From positions 1 to 32,000 of the forward strand of contig CAZDZH010000011.1 in assembly GCA_964509935.1 (NCBI GenBank): a stretch of 32,000 nt of DNA, read 5' to 3'. Within the stretch, counting starts at the first letter, position 1. The number at the start of each line of letters is the position of its first letter. The notes under the pieces are model-generated. The model saw only the letters and a program-made list of their open reading frames with translations, did not search any database and was not told where the DNA came from. This stretch comes from an uncultured Clostridia bacterium. GTDB lineage: Bacteria > Bacillota > Clostridia > Christensenellales > Borkfalkiaceae. A program made the position numbers and the translations under genes. Below are positions 1-7,448 of the stretch, one piece after another.

Positions 1-25
1 TATAGAATGAATTTTAATTAATATC

Positions 26-54
26 TTGACAAGAGAGTATGCTTATGATACAAT
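26..54 (+). promoter_or_regulatory. Near-consensus SigA/sigma-70-type promoter (TTGACA - 17 nt - TGaTACAAT)
   Basis: TTGACA at 26-31, a 17-nt spacer, extended -10 TG at 46-47 and TACAAT at 49-54. It fires rightward, antisense to tRNA-Thr and toward the CDF gene. Its target is unclear. Confidence 0.45.
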
Positions 55-95
55 GCAGGGAATATTTTTGCGTAAAAATCCTATTGCGTTGTAAC

Positions 96-127
96 AAAAA
101 CAGGCAACCGACGAACGCGGTTGCCTG
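96..127 (-). terminator. Rho-independent terminator of tRNA-Thr
   Basis: Perfect 10-bp stem (caggcaaccg 101-110 / cggttgcctg 118-127) with a 7-nt loop. On the minus strand it is followed by TTTTT (plus-strand aaaaa at 96-100). It starts 3 nt after the tRNA CCA end. Confidence 0.85.
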
Positions 128-130
128 TTA

Positions 131-206
131 TGGAGCTGCTGAGCAGACTTGAACTGCCGACCTCATCCTTACCAAGGATGTGCTCTACCAACTGAGCCAC
201 AGCAGC
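131..206 (-). tRNA. tRNA-Thr, anticodon GGU, 76 nt, with encoded CCA
   Basis: The reverse complement reads GCTGCTG-TG-GCTC-AGTTGGTA-GAGC-A-CATCC-TTGGTAA-GGATG-AGGTC-GGCAG-TTCAAGT-CTGCT-CAGCAGC-T-CCA. This folds into a full cloverleaf, and the anticodon loop TTGGTAA gives GGT. Confidence 0.93.
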
Positions 207-225
207 AAAACCAATTTACTTGAAT

Positions 226-254
226 ATTATATTTTAAATACTTTTCATTGTCAA
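226..254 (-). promoter_or_regulatory. Consensus promoter of tRNA-Thr (TTGACA - 17 nt - TATAAT)
   Basis: On the minus strand, TTGACA is plus-strand tgtcaa at 249-254 and TATAAT is plus-strand attata at 226-231, with an exact 17-nt spacer. The predicted TSS lies about 13 nt upstream of the mature tRNA 5' end. Confidence 0.8.
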
Positions 255-296
255 TTCATTTTGACAGGAAAAATAAAAAAATTTCGGAGCAAAAAA

Positions 297-1190
297 ATGC
301 AGAACAATGATACTGAAAAGATTGCCGTAAAAACTTCGGTAGTAACGATAATCCTGAATTTTGCGCTTACCGCGTTTAAGCTTATAGCGGGCATCCTCGG
401 CAATTCGATGGCTATGATTTCCGACGCGGTTCATTCCGCGTCAGACGTCGTTTCAACGGTGATAGTTATAATTGGGGTAAAAATTTCGGCTAAGGCACCC
501 GATAAAAATCATGAATTCGGGCACGAACGTTTCGAGTGCGTCGCCGCGATAGTGCTTTCCGTGCTATTGCTCGGTACGGGTGCTGTTATAGGTTATAACG
601 GCATAAACAATATCGTAATGCAGGCTTATAATACGCTCAAAATGCCCACGTATCTCGCCCTTTCCGCTGCAATAGTTTCGATTGTAGTGAAAGAGGGGAT
701 GTTCTGGTATACGCGCGCCGCCGCTAAAAAGATAAATTCGGGCGCGCTCAAAGCAGACGCATGGCATCACCGTTCAGACGCGCTCTCTTCAATAGGAAGT
801 TTGATAGGCATTGTGGGCGCAATGTGCGGCGTAATGATTCTCGATTCTATTGCGAGCATAGTAATCTGCCTTCTCATAATAAAAGCCGCCGTAGATATTT
901 TTATGGACGCGATTAAAAAGATGACAGACCAGGCGTGCGATTCGCAGACCGAAAAAGATATAAAAGATTTTATATCATCCTGCGATGGAGTAAAGCGAGT
1001 AGACAGTCTTATGACAAGGTTATTCGGCAATCGCATATACGTTATAGCCGAAATCGCCTGCGATAAGGATTTGCCTCTCTATTCCGCCCACGCGATAGCG
1101 GAAGAGGTGCATGACGGAATAGAGGAAAAATTTCCCTTGGTTAAGCACGTAACCGTTCACGTTAATCCGTATATGGAAGAAAACGGGTAA
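297..1190 (+). CDS. Cation diffusion facilitator (CDF) family divalent-metal efflux transporter
   Basis: I trimmed ORF 180..1190 to ATG 297, which has GGAG 7 nt upstream. The longer N-terminus would overlap the tRNA and its promoter. The protein has a multi-TM N-terminal domain with HSASD and HHRSD metal-site motifs and a C-terminal cytoplasmic domain typical of CzcD/FieF-like proteins. Confidence 0.85.
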   Translation: MQNNDTEKIAVKTSVVTIILNFALTAFKLIAGILGNSMAMISDAVHSASDVVSTVIVIIGVKISAKAPDKNHEFGHERFECVAAIVLSVLLLGTGAVIGYNGINNIVMQAYNTLKMPTYLALSAAIVSIVVKEGMFWYTRAAAKKINSGALKADAWHHRSDALSSIGSLIGIVGAMCGVMILDSIASIVICLLIIKAAVDIFMDAIKKMTDQACDSQTEKDIKDFISSCDGVKRVDSLMTRLFGNRIYVIAEIACDKDLPLYSAHAIAEEVHDGIEEKFPLVKHVTVHVNPYMEENG

Positions 1191-1239
1191 AATACTACAA
1201 TTTTTTGCGCGTTCAGACTTAATATATAAACCGCTTAAA

Positions 1240-1268
1240 AGACTCTGCCATAAATCAGGGTCTTTTTT
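1240..1268 (+). terminator. Rho-independent terminator after the CDF gene
   Basis: An 8-bp stem (agactctg 1240-1247 / cagggtct 1256-1263, one G-U pair), an 8-nt loop, then TTTTTT. Confidence 0.75.
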
Positions 1269-1291
1269 AATTAAATGAATGCGATAATTTG

Positions 1292-1320
1292 TTGATTTAT
1301 ATCGTCGATTTTGATATAAT
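1292..1320 (+). promoter_or_regulatory. Promoter of the nine-gene acyl-transfer operon (TTGATT - 17 nt - TGaTATAAT)
   Basis: TTGATT at 1292-1297, extended -10 TG at 1312-1313 and TATAAT at 1315-1320. A 7-bp inverted repeat (TTATATC 1297-1303 / GATATAA 1313-1319) overlaps the spacer and the -10. Confidence 0.65.
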
Positions 1321-1356
1321 TAATGACGCTATTATTTTAAATTCAAGGCTTGAAAA

Positions 1357-3303
1357 ATGACTGACGCAAAAGTTAAAAGCACGCTAGGCGGTTATTCATC
1401 GATAAATACGTACGTAAAAGGTAAAATAGAAAAGTTTTCGGCAACCGACAAGAGTTTTTCATCACTGTTCTCTCTTATGTTTTCCGAGAAGGAAAACGCT
1501 ATGTTCGAGAGTACGGACGGCTATAAAATAAGGACCGTTTCGTACGGCGAAGCCGAGAAGAGGGTGGGGTTGTATTCTAAAAAACTCAATCACCTGTTGC
1601 GTGGCGCGGAAAAGGACTGCTTCGTAGGAATATCCATGCGCAATTCCGAAGAATGGATAGAAATTTTCTGGGCAGTGCTTATGAGCGGATTTAAGCCGCT
1701 TCTGTTCAATACGCGTCTTAGCGAAGAAATACTAAACGGAATATGCTCGACATACGGCGTCTTGGCGGTAATAAGCGACAGGACGCGTTACTGCGCTAAA
1801 ACCGTGTATCCGGAGGAGCTTTTAAACCTTCCTGACGGCGAATCTGACGGCAAATGGGGAAGCGGAATAATAGTGATGTCCTCGGGCACTTCCTTAAACG
1901 TAAAACTGTGCGAATATACGTCCGAGCAGATATGGTATCAGATAAACGACAGCGCAAAAATAATTACCGAATGCAGGCGGATATCAAAGCATTATAACGG
2001 CAGCCTCAAACTGCTTACGTTTTTACCTTTTTATCATATTTTCGGTCTTGTCGCCGTATATATCTGGTTTGCTTTCTTTTCTCGTACTTTCGTCCTTTTA
2101 AAGGATTTAAACGCCGACACGCTTTTAAACACCGTGCGCAAGCATAAAGTTACGCACATTTTTTCCGTTCCGCTCTTATGGAATAAAATCTACGACGCGG
2201 CGATTGCTAAAATAAAGGCGAAGGGTGATAAAACGTATAATAAATTCATAAAAGGTCTTGCAATCAGCGACAAAATTGCAAATGTTCCCCTACTTGGCGA
2301 AGCATTCGCGCGCAAAGCGTTTAAAGAAGTGCGCGACAATATTTTCGGCGACAGCATACAATTTTTAATAACCGGCGGAAGCGCGGTATCGCGTGAAGTT
2401 ATGCGCTTTTTCAACGGTATAGGTTATCGTCTTGCCGACGGGTACGGAATGACGGAAATAGGCATTACTTCCGTAGAGCTTTCCGATAACCGCAAATATC
2501 TCAATTCGCGCTCGGTCGGTCGTCCGTTCTCTTCGGTAGAATACAAAATCAATCAATCGGGTGAGCTTCTGGTTCGCGGAAAATCAATCGCTTCCGCTAT
2601 AATGCAGAACGGAGAGCGCAAACGCGTAGACAACTGCGAGTGGTTCAATACTCACGATTTCGCGCGGTTCGAGGACGGAAGATTTTATATAGAAGGTCGC
2701 CGAGACGACCTGATAGTATGCAGAAGCGGTGAAAATCTCAATCCTGAGCTGATGGAAAGCTTTATTAATATTGACGGAGCAAACGGCGTTTGCATAACCG
2801 CTTCGGGAAGCGGAGAAAGCATTTCGCCCGTGCTTTTGGTAAGCGTGAAAAAATATCTCCCGTCCGATAGATTGCGCGAAATAAAGTCGCAAGCCGCAGA
2901 GCAGATTAAACGCCTTAAACTTGACGGCGACGTAGAAAAGATTTTGTTAATTACCGACCCGCTTTTGCAGGGCGAAGAATTTAAACTGAACAGAATACGA
3001 ATAAAAAACAGTTTGAATTCCGGCATATTGCATATCGTCAATCCCGATATAAGCCGCGTGCAGGAGGACGACGCAGAGCTTGCCGCAGCAGTGTGCGCTT
3101 GCTTCGCGTCGGCGTTGAATAAAGACGTTGCCGATATTTCTTACGACGCGGACTTCTTTACCGATTTGGGAGGCACAAGCTTAGATTATTTCGCCTTGCT
3201 TTCGTTCATTAAAGATGAATTCGGCGCGTCGCTTCCGACGGATGACGAAAGCGGAATAAGCACGGTCAGTCAATTCGTAAAATTCATCAGCTCGCATATT
3301 TGA
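1357..3303 (+). CDS. Acyl-adenylating enzyme (ACSL/FAAL-like AMP-binding domain) fused to a C-terminal PCP-type carrier domain
   Basis: ANL-superfamily motifs are present: a divergent P-loop SSGTSLNVKL, YGMTE, GRRDDLIVCRSGENLNPELME and a FKLNR A10-like Lys. An ACSL-style insertion (KIYDAAIAKIKAKGDKTYNKF) is also present. The C-terminus carries FFTDLGGTSLDYF, a GGxS phosphopantetheine attachment motif with Ser608 at nt 3178-3180. Confidence 0.85.
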   Translation: MTDAKVKSTLGGYSSINTYVKGKIEKFSATDKSFSSLFSLMFSEKENAMFESTDGYKIRTVSYGEAEKRVGLYSKKLNHLLRGAEKDCFVGISMRNSEEWIEIFWAVLMSGFKPLLFNTRLSEEILNGICSTYGVLAVISDRTRYCAKTVYPEELLNLPDGESDGKWGSGIIVMSSGTSLNVKLCEYTSEQIWYQINDSAKIITECRRISKHYNGSLKLLTFLPFYHIFGLVAVYIWFAFFSRTFVLLKDLNADTLLNTVRKHKVTHIFSVPLLWNKIYDAAIAKIKAKGDKTYNKFIKGLAISDKIANVPLLGEAFARKAFKEVRDNIFGDSIQFLITGGSAVSREVMRFFNGIGYRLADGYGMTEIGITSVELSDNRKYLNSRSVGRPFSSVEYKINQSGELLVRGKSIASAIMQNGERKRVDNCEWFNTHDFARFEDGRFYIEGRRDDLIVCRSGENLNPELMESFINIDGANGVCITASGSGESISPVLLVSVKKYLPSDRLREIKSQAAEQIKRLKLDGDVEKILLITDPLLQGEEFKLNRIRIKNSLNSGILHIVNPDISRVQEDDAELAAAVCACFASALNKDVADISYDADFFTDLGGTSLDYFALLSFIKDEFGASLPTDDESGISTVSQFVKFISSHI

Positions 3304-3312
3304 TTTATACCT

Positions 3313-3954
3313 ATGAATAAATTCGTAACGGCATTTACAAAATTAACCGCGTGGCCGGTTCAATTCTTTTGTTTCCGAACCAAAGTATATTTTGAAAGTA
3401 AAAAACAGAAAAACAACCGCGTCAAAGGTGCGGCTATAATAATTTCTAACCATACGGCTTTGTACGATTTCGCGGTGATGCTCTTCGTATTCTGGCGCAG
3501 GATTATACGCTGTCAGGCGGCGGAAGTGCTGTTTAAAAAGAAAGGTCCTCTGCCCTGGTTTCTCAGGGCGTTAGGCTGTATCGAAGTCAACAGAGAAACG
3601 CATAATTTTTCGTTTGTCAGTAAAAGCGAGCAGATACTCGACGACGGCGGGGTAGTGTGTATTTTTCCCGAATCACGACTGCCGAAGCCCGAAGAAGAAA
3701 GACCGCTCGAATTTAAACCGAGCGCGGTTTATATAGCTCTGCAAACAGGCGCGCCGATAATTCCCGTTTACACGAACGGCAGTTATTTCAAACGCAAGCG
3801 GGCGAGGGTAATGATAGGCGATAAAATCTACGCGCGCGAGCTTTTACGCGAAGATTTGACTGAAAAGGAAAATATAGCCAATATTAACGCTATTATAAGA
3901 AAAAAGACGATAGAGCTTAAAGATGAACTCGAAAGAAGAATCAAAAATAAATAA
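3313..3954 (+). CDS. PlsC/LPLAT-family acyltransferase (lysophospholipid acyltransferase-like), copy 1
   Basis: HX4D catalytic motif NHTALYD, FPESRL (a variant of FPEGxR), and the PIIPV block. The protein is about 213 aa. Confidence 0.8.
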   Translation: MNKFVTAFTKLTAWPVQFFCFRTKVYFESKKQKNNRVKGAAIIISNHTALYDFAVMLFVFWRRIIRCQAAEVLFKKKGPLPWFLRALGCIEVNRETHNFSFVSKSEQILDDGGVVCIFPESRLPKPEEERPLEFKPSAVYIALQTGAPIIPVYTNGSYFKRKRARVMIGDKIYARELLREDLTEKENIANINAIIRKKTIELKDELERRIKNK

Positions 3955-4591
3955 GTATAGAACGCCTGATAATTATTTTGTCTACGATTTCATTAAAGTT
4001 ACGGGCGCGCCTTCCGCATTGATTTGGTTAAGACCGAAAAACATTTATTACGGCGATTCTAAAAAGAGAATAAAGGGCGGGGCGATAGTGTGTTGCAATC
4101 ATCTCGGCGTAACCGACCCTATCTACATACATTGCACCTTCTGGTACAGAAGACTGCATTTCGTGGCAATGAAGGAGCTGTTTGAAAGCGGACGGTCGTC
4201 GTGGTTTTTTCACAGGATGCACTGCATACCTATCGACAGAAATAATTTCAACTTCGGGTCGTTTAAAGAAATATGCAAGGCTGTTAACCGCGGAAAGATG
4301 GTCGTGCTTTTCCCCGAAGGCGGAATAAATACCGAGCAATCTAAAATTTCAGATTTTAAGTCGGGTATAGTTTTAATGGCGTATAAAAGCGGCGTGCCGA
4401 TAGTGCCTATATACAACGTACCTAGAAAAAAGTGGTACGACAGACTTAAAACGGTCGTCGGCGAACCGATAAACGTGAAAGAAATTCTCGGTGATAAGCC
4501 GTCTATGAGCGATATTGAAAGAGTGACTGTTTTGCTTCACGAGAGAGAGGTGGAGCTTATGAATTATTATAACGGCAAATGGAAGAAATAA
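3923..4591 (+). CDS. PlsC/LPLAT-family acyltransferase, copy 2
   Basis: HX4D motif NHLGVTD, FPEGG and VPIVPIY. The N-terminal region aligns with copy 1 (FVYDFIKVTG.. versus FVTAFTKLTA..). ATG 3923 is the only in-frame start and overlaps the upstream gene by 32 nt. Confidence 0.8.
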   Translation: MNSKEESKINKYRTPDNYFVYDFIKVTGAPSALIWLRPKNIYYGDSKKRIKGGAIVCCNHLGVTDPIYIHCTFWYRRLHFVAMKELFESGRSSWFFHRMHCIPIDRNNFNFGSFKEICKAVNRGKMVVLFPEGGINTEQSKISDFKSGIVLMAYKSGVPIVPIYNVPRKKWYDRLKTVVGEPINVKEILGDKPSMSDIERVTVLLHEREVELMNYYNGKWKK

Positions 4592-6105
4592 TGGAAAAAG
4601 TAGATTCCGTATGGGCAAAATATACGGATAAAGAGACGTTTGAAAGAATCGTCGATTATGAAAGCGTAGGCGATATGTGGGCGCACTGCGTTAAGGAGTT
4701 TTCGCAGAAAACGGCAATAGTCGACGGCGAGGAATATACCTATTCTCGGCTTGACGGATACGTGGCGCGTTTCCGCACGGCTCTTAAAAATAACGGTTTG
4801 GGTAAAGGCGGTCTTACAGGTATTTTATTGCCCAATTCGGTAGGGTTCGTCACCGCTTTTCTTGCCGTCACGACTTACGGAGCCGCCGCGGTGCTGTTCC
4901 CCGTACATATGGAAATCGGTAAAATACGCAGTTATATGCAGAAATTCAGCGTAACCGCATTGATTCACGACTATTCCACGGCTGAAACGGCGCAAAAAGC
5001 CGTTGACGGCGGCGAATGTACGCTAATAAATGTAAATAACCTTCCCGAAGAAAGCACGCCAGCAAACGAGTGTTCCCCGTCAGACGCGTGCGCGGTAATA
5101 TTTACGAGCGGAACGGACGGAAGAGGAAGGGGAGCTCTGCTAAATAACAGGGCTGTTATGCGAGGAGTTAAAAACGGCTGTTTCGGATATAAGGACGTGT
5201 TCGGACAGCGTTATTTCCTTATTTTGCCTCTTACTCACGTGTTCGGGCTTGTAAGGAATATGCTAACGCCCCTATATACGGGCAGTTCGCTTTATATCAG
5301 CGACAGAAACAAAAACCTGTTCAAAGAGATTTCTAAATTCAATCCGACTGTACTTGTTCTCGTGCCGGCACTTGCGGAAATGGCGTTGAATTTTTCAAAA
5401 CATTTTAAAAGAAATATGCTGGGTGACAGCGTAAAGTATATAATATGCGGCGCGGCGGCGGTTCCTCCTTATCTTGTTAAGAGCTACGCTGAATACGGTA
5501 TAAAGCTTTTCCCCGGCTACGGATTGACCGAAAGCGCGAATCTTGTAAGCGGAAATCCCGAAAGTCTTAATAAACCGGATTCTGTGGGGATCATTTACGA
5601 GGGGCTGGATTATAAAGTTGTGGACGGCGAGCTGTGGCTTAAAGGCGTCAACATGATGGACGGGTATCTTAACGATTCCGCCGAAAATGCCTCTGCTTAC
5701 TGCGGCGATTGGTTTAAGACGGGCGACCTCGTAAAGTTCGACGACGAAGGATTCCTGTATATAGTTGGCAGGAAAAAGGATATTATCGTATTGTCTAACG
5801 GCGAAAACGTTTCTCCCGTTGAGATAGAAACTAAATTTACCGATTTGTCCGTCGTTCAGGACGCTTTGGTGTACGAGGGTAAAAACGAAAACGGCAAACA
5901 GATTCTCGTTCTGGAAGTTTATCCGAGGAACGTAGAGCTTGAAAAACTTGAAAAGGCAGAGCGAGAGCCTTATTTAAGAAAGGTTATTGCCGATGTGAAC
6001 GAAACTTTGCCGTCGTTCGGGCGAATCCAGAAAGTTATTATCAGGGACAAGGACTTTGAAAGAAATTCCTCAATGAAAATAATCAGGAAAAAACATAATG
6101 ACTAA
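4591..6105 (+). CDS. AMP-dependent acyl-CoA/acyl-ACP synthetase (fatty-acid ligase-like)
   Basis: FTSGTDGRGRG P-loop, GYGLTE, WFKTGD, GRKKDIIVLSNGENVSPVEIE and a terminal SSMKIIRK (A10 Lys). I prefer ATG 4591, which forms a TAATG overlap with the upstream stop and has GGAAGA upstream. The ORF track's ATG 4579 is the alternative start. Confidence 0.85.
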   Translation: MEKVDSVWAKYTDKETFERIVDYESVGDMWAHCVKEFSQKTAIVDGEEYTYSRLDGYVARFRTALKNNGLGKGGLTGILLPNSVGFVTAFLAVTTYGAAAVLFPVHMEIGKIRSYMQKFSVTALIHDYSTAETAQKAVDGGECTLINVNNLPEESTPANECSPSDACAVIFTSGTDGRGRGALLNNRAVMRGVKNGCFGYKDVFGQRYFLILPLTHVFGLVRNMLTPLYTGSSLYISDRNKNLFKEISKFNPTVLVLVPALAEMALNFSKHFKRNMLGDSVKYIICGAAAVPPYLVKSYAEYGIKLFPGYGLTESANLVSGNPESLNKPDSVGIIYEGLDYKVVDGELWLKGVNMMDGYLNDSAENASAYCGDWFKTGDLVKFDDEGFLYIVGRKKDIIVLSNGENVSPVEIETKFTDLSVVQDALVYEGKNENGKQILVLEVYPRNVELEKLEKAEREPYLRKVIADVNETLPSFGRIQKVIIRDKDFERNSSMKIIRKKHND

Positions 6106-6352
6106 GGAAGAAATTAAAGAAAAATTACGGGAAATACTAAAACTATCTACAGATTGCACGGAAGAGCAGGCAATGTCTTACGACGAGCAATCGGGATTGA
6201 CTAGCGACCTCGGCTTGAATTCGGTCGGAATGCTTTATCTAGTTATCGCAGTCGAAGAATTTTTCAATATAGAGTTCGACGACGTGAATTTCAGCGATTT
6301 TAAAGTCGTGGGCGACGTAGTCGATTATATTTACGGAAAAAAGAACGGTTAA
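6098..6352 (+). CDS. Stand-alone acyl carrier protein
   Basis: An 84-aa acidic four-helix-type protein with DLGLNSVGML. The attachment Ser42 is at nt 6221-6223. The gene overlaps the upstream ligase by 8 nt. Confidence 0.8.
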   Translation: MTKEEIKEKLREILKLSTDCTEEQAMSYDEQSGLTSDLGLNSVGMLYLVIAVEEFFNIEFDDVNFSDFKVVGDVVDYIYGKKNG

Positions 6353-6354
6353 AA

Positions 6355-7410
6355 ATGAAGTGGGTGCTTGAAGAGGCGCAGTCAGGAGATATCGTACGCG
6401 TTCGCCTCGGCGAAATTTATCATTACGGAATTTTCGTTAGCGAAAGCGAGGTAATACAGTTCGGTATGCCTCCCGTAAACGTTGAAATGCTTGCGCGCGT
6501 CGACGTGAGGGTTTGCTCAACTGATATAGATACTTTCCGTTGCGGCAAATTTCCGGAAGTCGCGAAGCTTTCGCTTATAGAAAGATTAAAGCGCTTTTCT
6601 CCCGAAAAGACTGTGGCGACGGCTCGCGCAAGGTTAGGCGAATGTGGATATAATATAATTCACAATAATTGCGAGCATTTCGTTTACGAATGCGTATTCG
6701 GGACAAAATACAGCGCACAGACGGAAGACGTAAGGCAAAAATTCAGGAATCTTCCCATTACCGATATTTACGTTTCGCCTATCCCCGAACACGTTAAAAT
6801 TACTGGACTTTCCTGCGAGGGAAGAAACGCCGAAATAGAAGCTTGCTCCAATATAAAGGTAAAGGAGCAGAAATACTATGTTTGGAAACTTCTTGAAGCG
6901 GCGTTACAATATTCCCTCGGCTTAGACGCGGGCAAAATTACGTTCCGACGTTCGGAAAACGGGAAATGGGGCTGTAAAGAGTGTGAATTTTCGCTGTCGC
7001 ACAGTCAAGGCGCGGCGGCGGTCATCATCTCGCGCAGTCCCGCAGGAATTGACCTCGAAAAAATCAAACATACGGAGAAAACAGCGCGATATGCGCAAAA
7101 AGTTCTTACCGTAACGGAAAATGAAATTTTTTCAGCCTTGTCCGAAGAGGATAAGGACGACTTGTTTTACGGCTTTTGGTCCGCAAAGGAAAGTATATTC
7201 AAACAATCCGGCGAACGCTCTTTCAATCCTGTCGCAATCGAAGTCTCGTCATATATGGGCGTGAAATCAGGTATAGTCCGAATCGAAGGCGAGGATTACG
7301 CGCTTTCCTTTGTATCGGATACGAAAGCGAAAGAACGGTTTTATATTTATAATGGCGGGCAAACTACCGCTTTTAATGGTTTTACCCGAACACTTAAATT
7401 AGATAAATAA
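6355..7410 (+). CDS. Fusion protein: N-terminal LRAT/PLAAT-like (NlpC/P60 Cys-His) domain plus C-terminal Sfp-type 4'-phosphopantetheinyl transferase
   Basis: N-terminus: the YHYGIF His box (His23) and the NNCEHFV catalytic Cys box (Cys106, nt 6670-6672). C-terminus: FSLSHS, GIDLEKI and WSAKESIFK, which are Sfp-type motifs 1-3. Confidence 0.8.
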   Translation: MKWVLEEAQSGDIVRVRLGEIYHYGIFVSESEVIQFGMPPVNVEMLARVDVRVCSTDIDTFRCGKFPEVAKLSLIERLKRFSPEKTVATARARLGECGYNIIHNNCEHFVYECVFGTKYSAQTEDVRQKFRNLPITDIYVSPIPEHVKITGLSCEGRNAEIEACSNIKVKEQKYYVWKLLEAALQYSLGLDAGKITFRRSENGKWGCKECEFSLSHSQGAAAVIISRSPAGIDLEKIKHTEKTARYAQKVLTVTENEIFSALSEEDKDDLFYGFWSAKESIFKQSGERSFNPVAIEVSSYMGVKSGIVRIEGEDYALSFVSDTKAKERFYIYNGGQTTAFNGFTRTLKLDK

Positions 7411-7448
7411 CACCCCCGCGCTTAATCGGCGCGCTCACGGAGAAAACT

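Noticed and set aside
131-206. tRNA-Thr as the attachment site of an integrated island covering the lipid operon
   Set aside because: The window contains no integrase, recombinase or phage genes. I did not notice a direct repeat of the tRNA 3' end elsewhere in it. The flanking genes look like ordinary chromosomal genes with the same promoter and RBS style.
180-296. The N-terminal 39 codons of ORF 180..1190 (MLYQLSHSSKTN...)
   Set aside because: This stretch overlaps the minus-strand tRNA-Thr and its consensus promoter. The CDF homology begins after the ATG at 297, which has a GGAG RBS. The extension is a read-through artefact of ORF calling.
207-296. A possible metal-sensing (czcD/NiCo-type) riboswitch upstream of the CDF transporter
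   Set aside because: The 90-nt gap is largely occupied by the tRNA promoter on the other strand, and I could not find a multi-stem structure. It is too short and AT-rich for that riboswitch class.
7417-7433. A small GC hairpin (cgcgc-ttaatcg-gcgcg) between the LRAT-PPTase gene and the hydrolase gene, considered as an internal terminator
   Set aside because: The stem is only 5 bp with no following U-tract, and the next gene's RBS follows immediately. At most it is an mRNA-stability or processing element.
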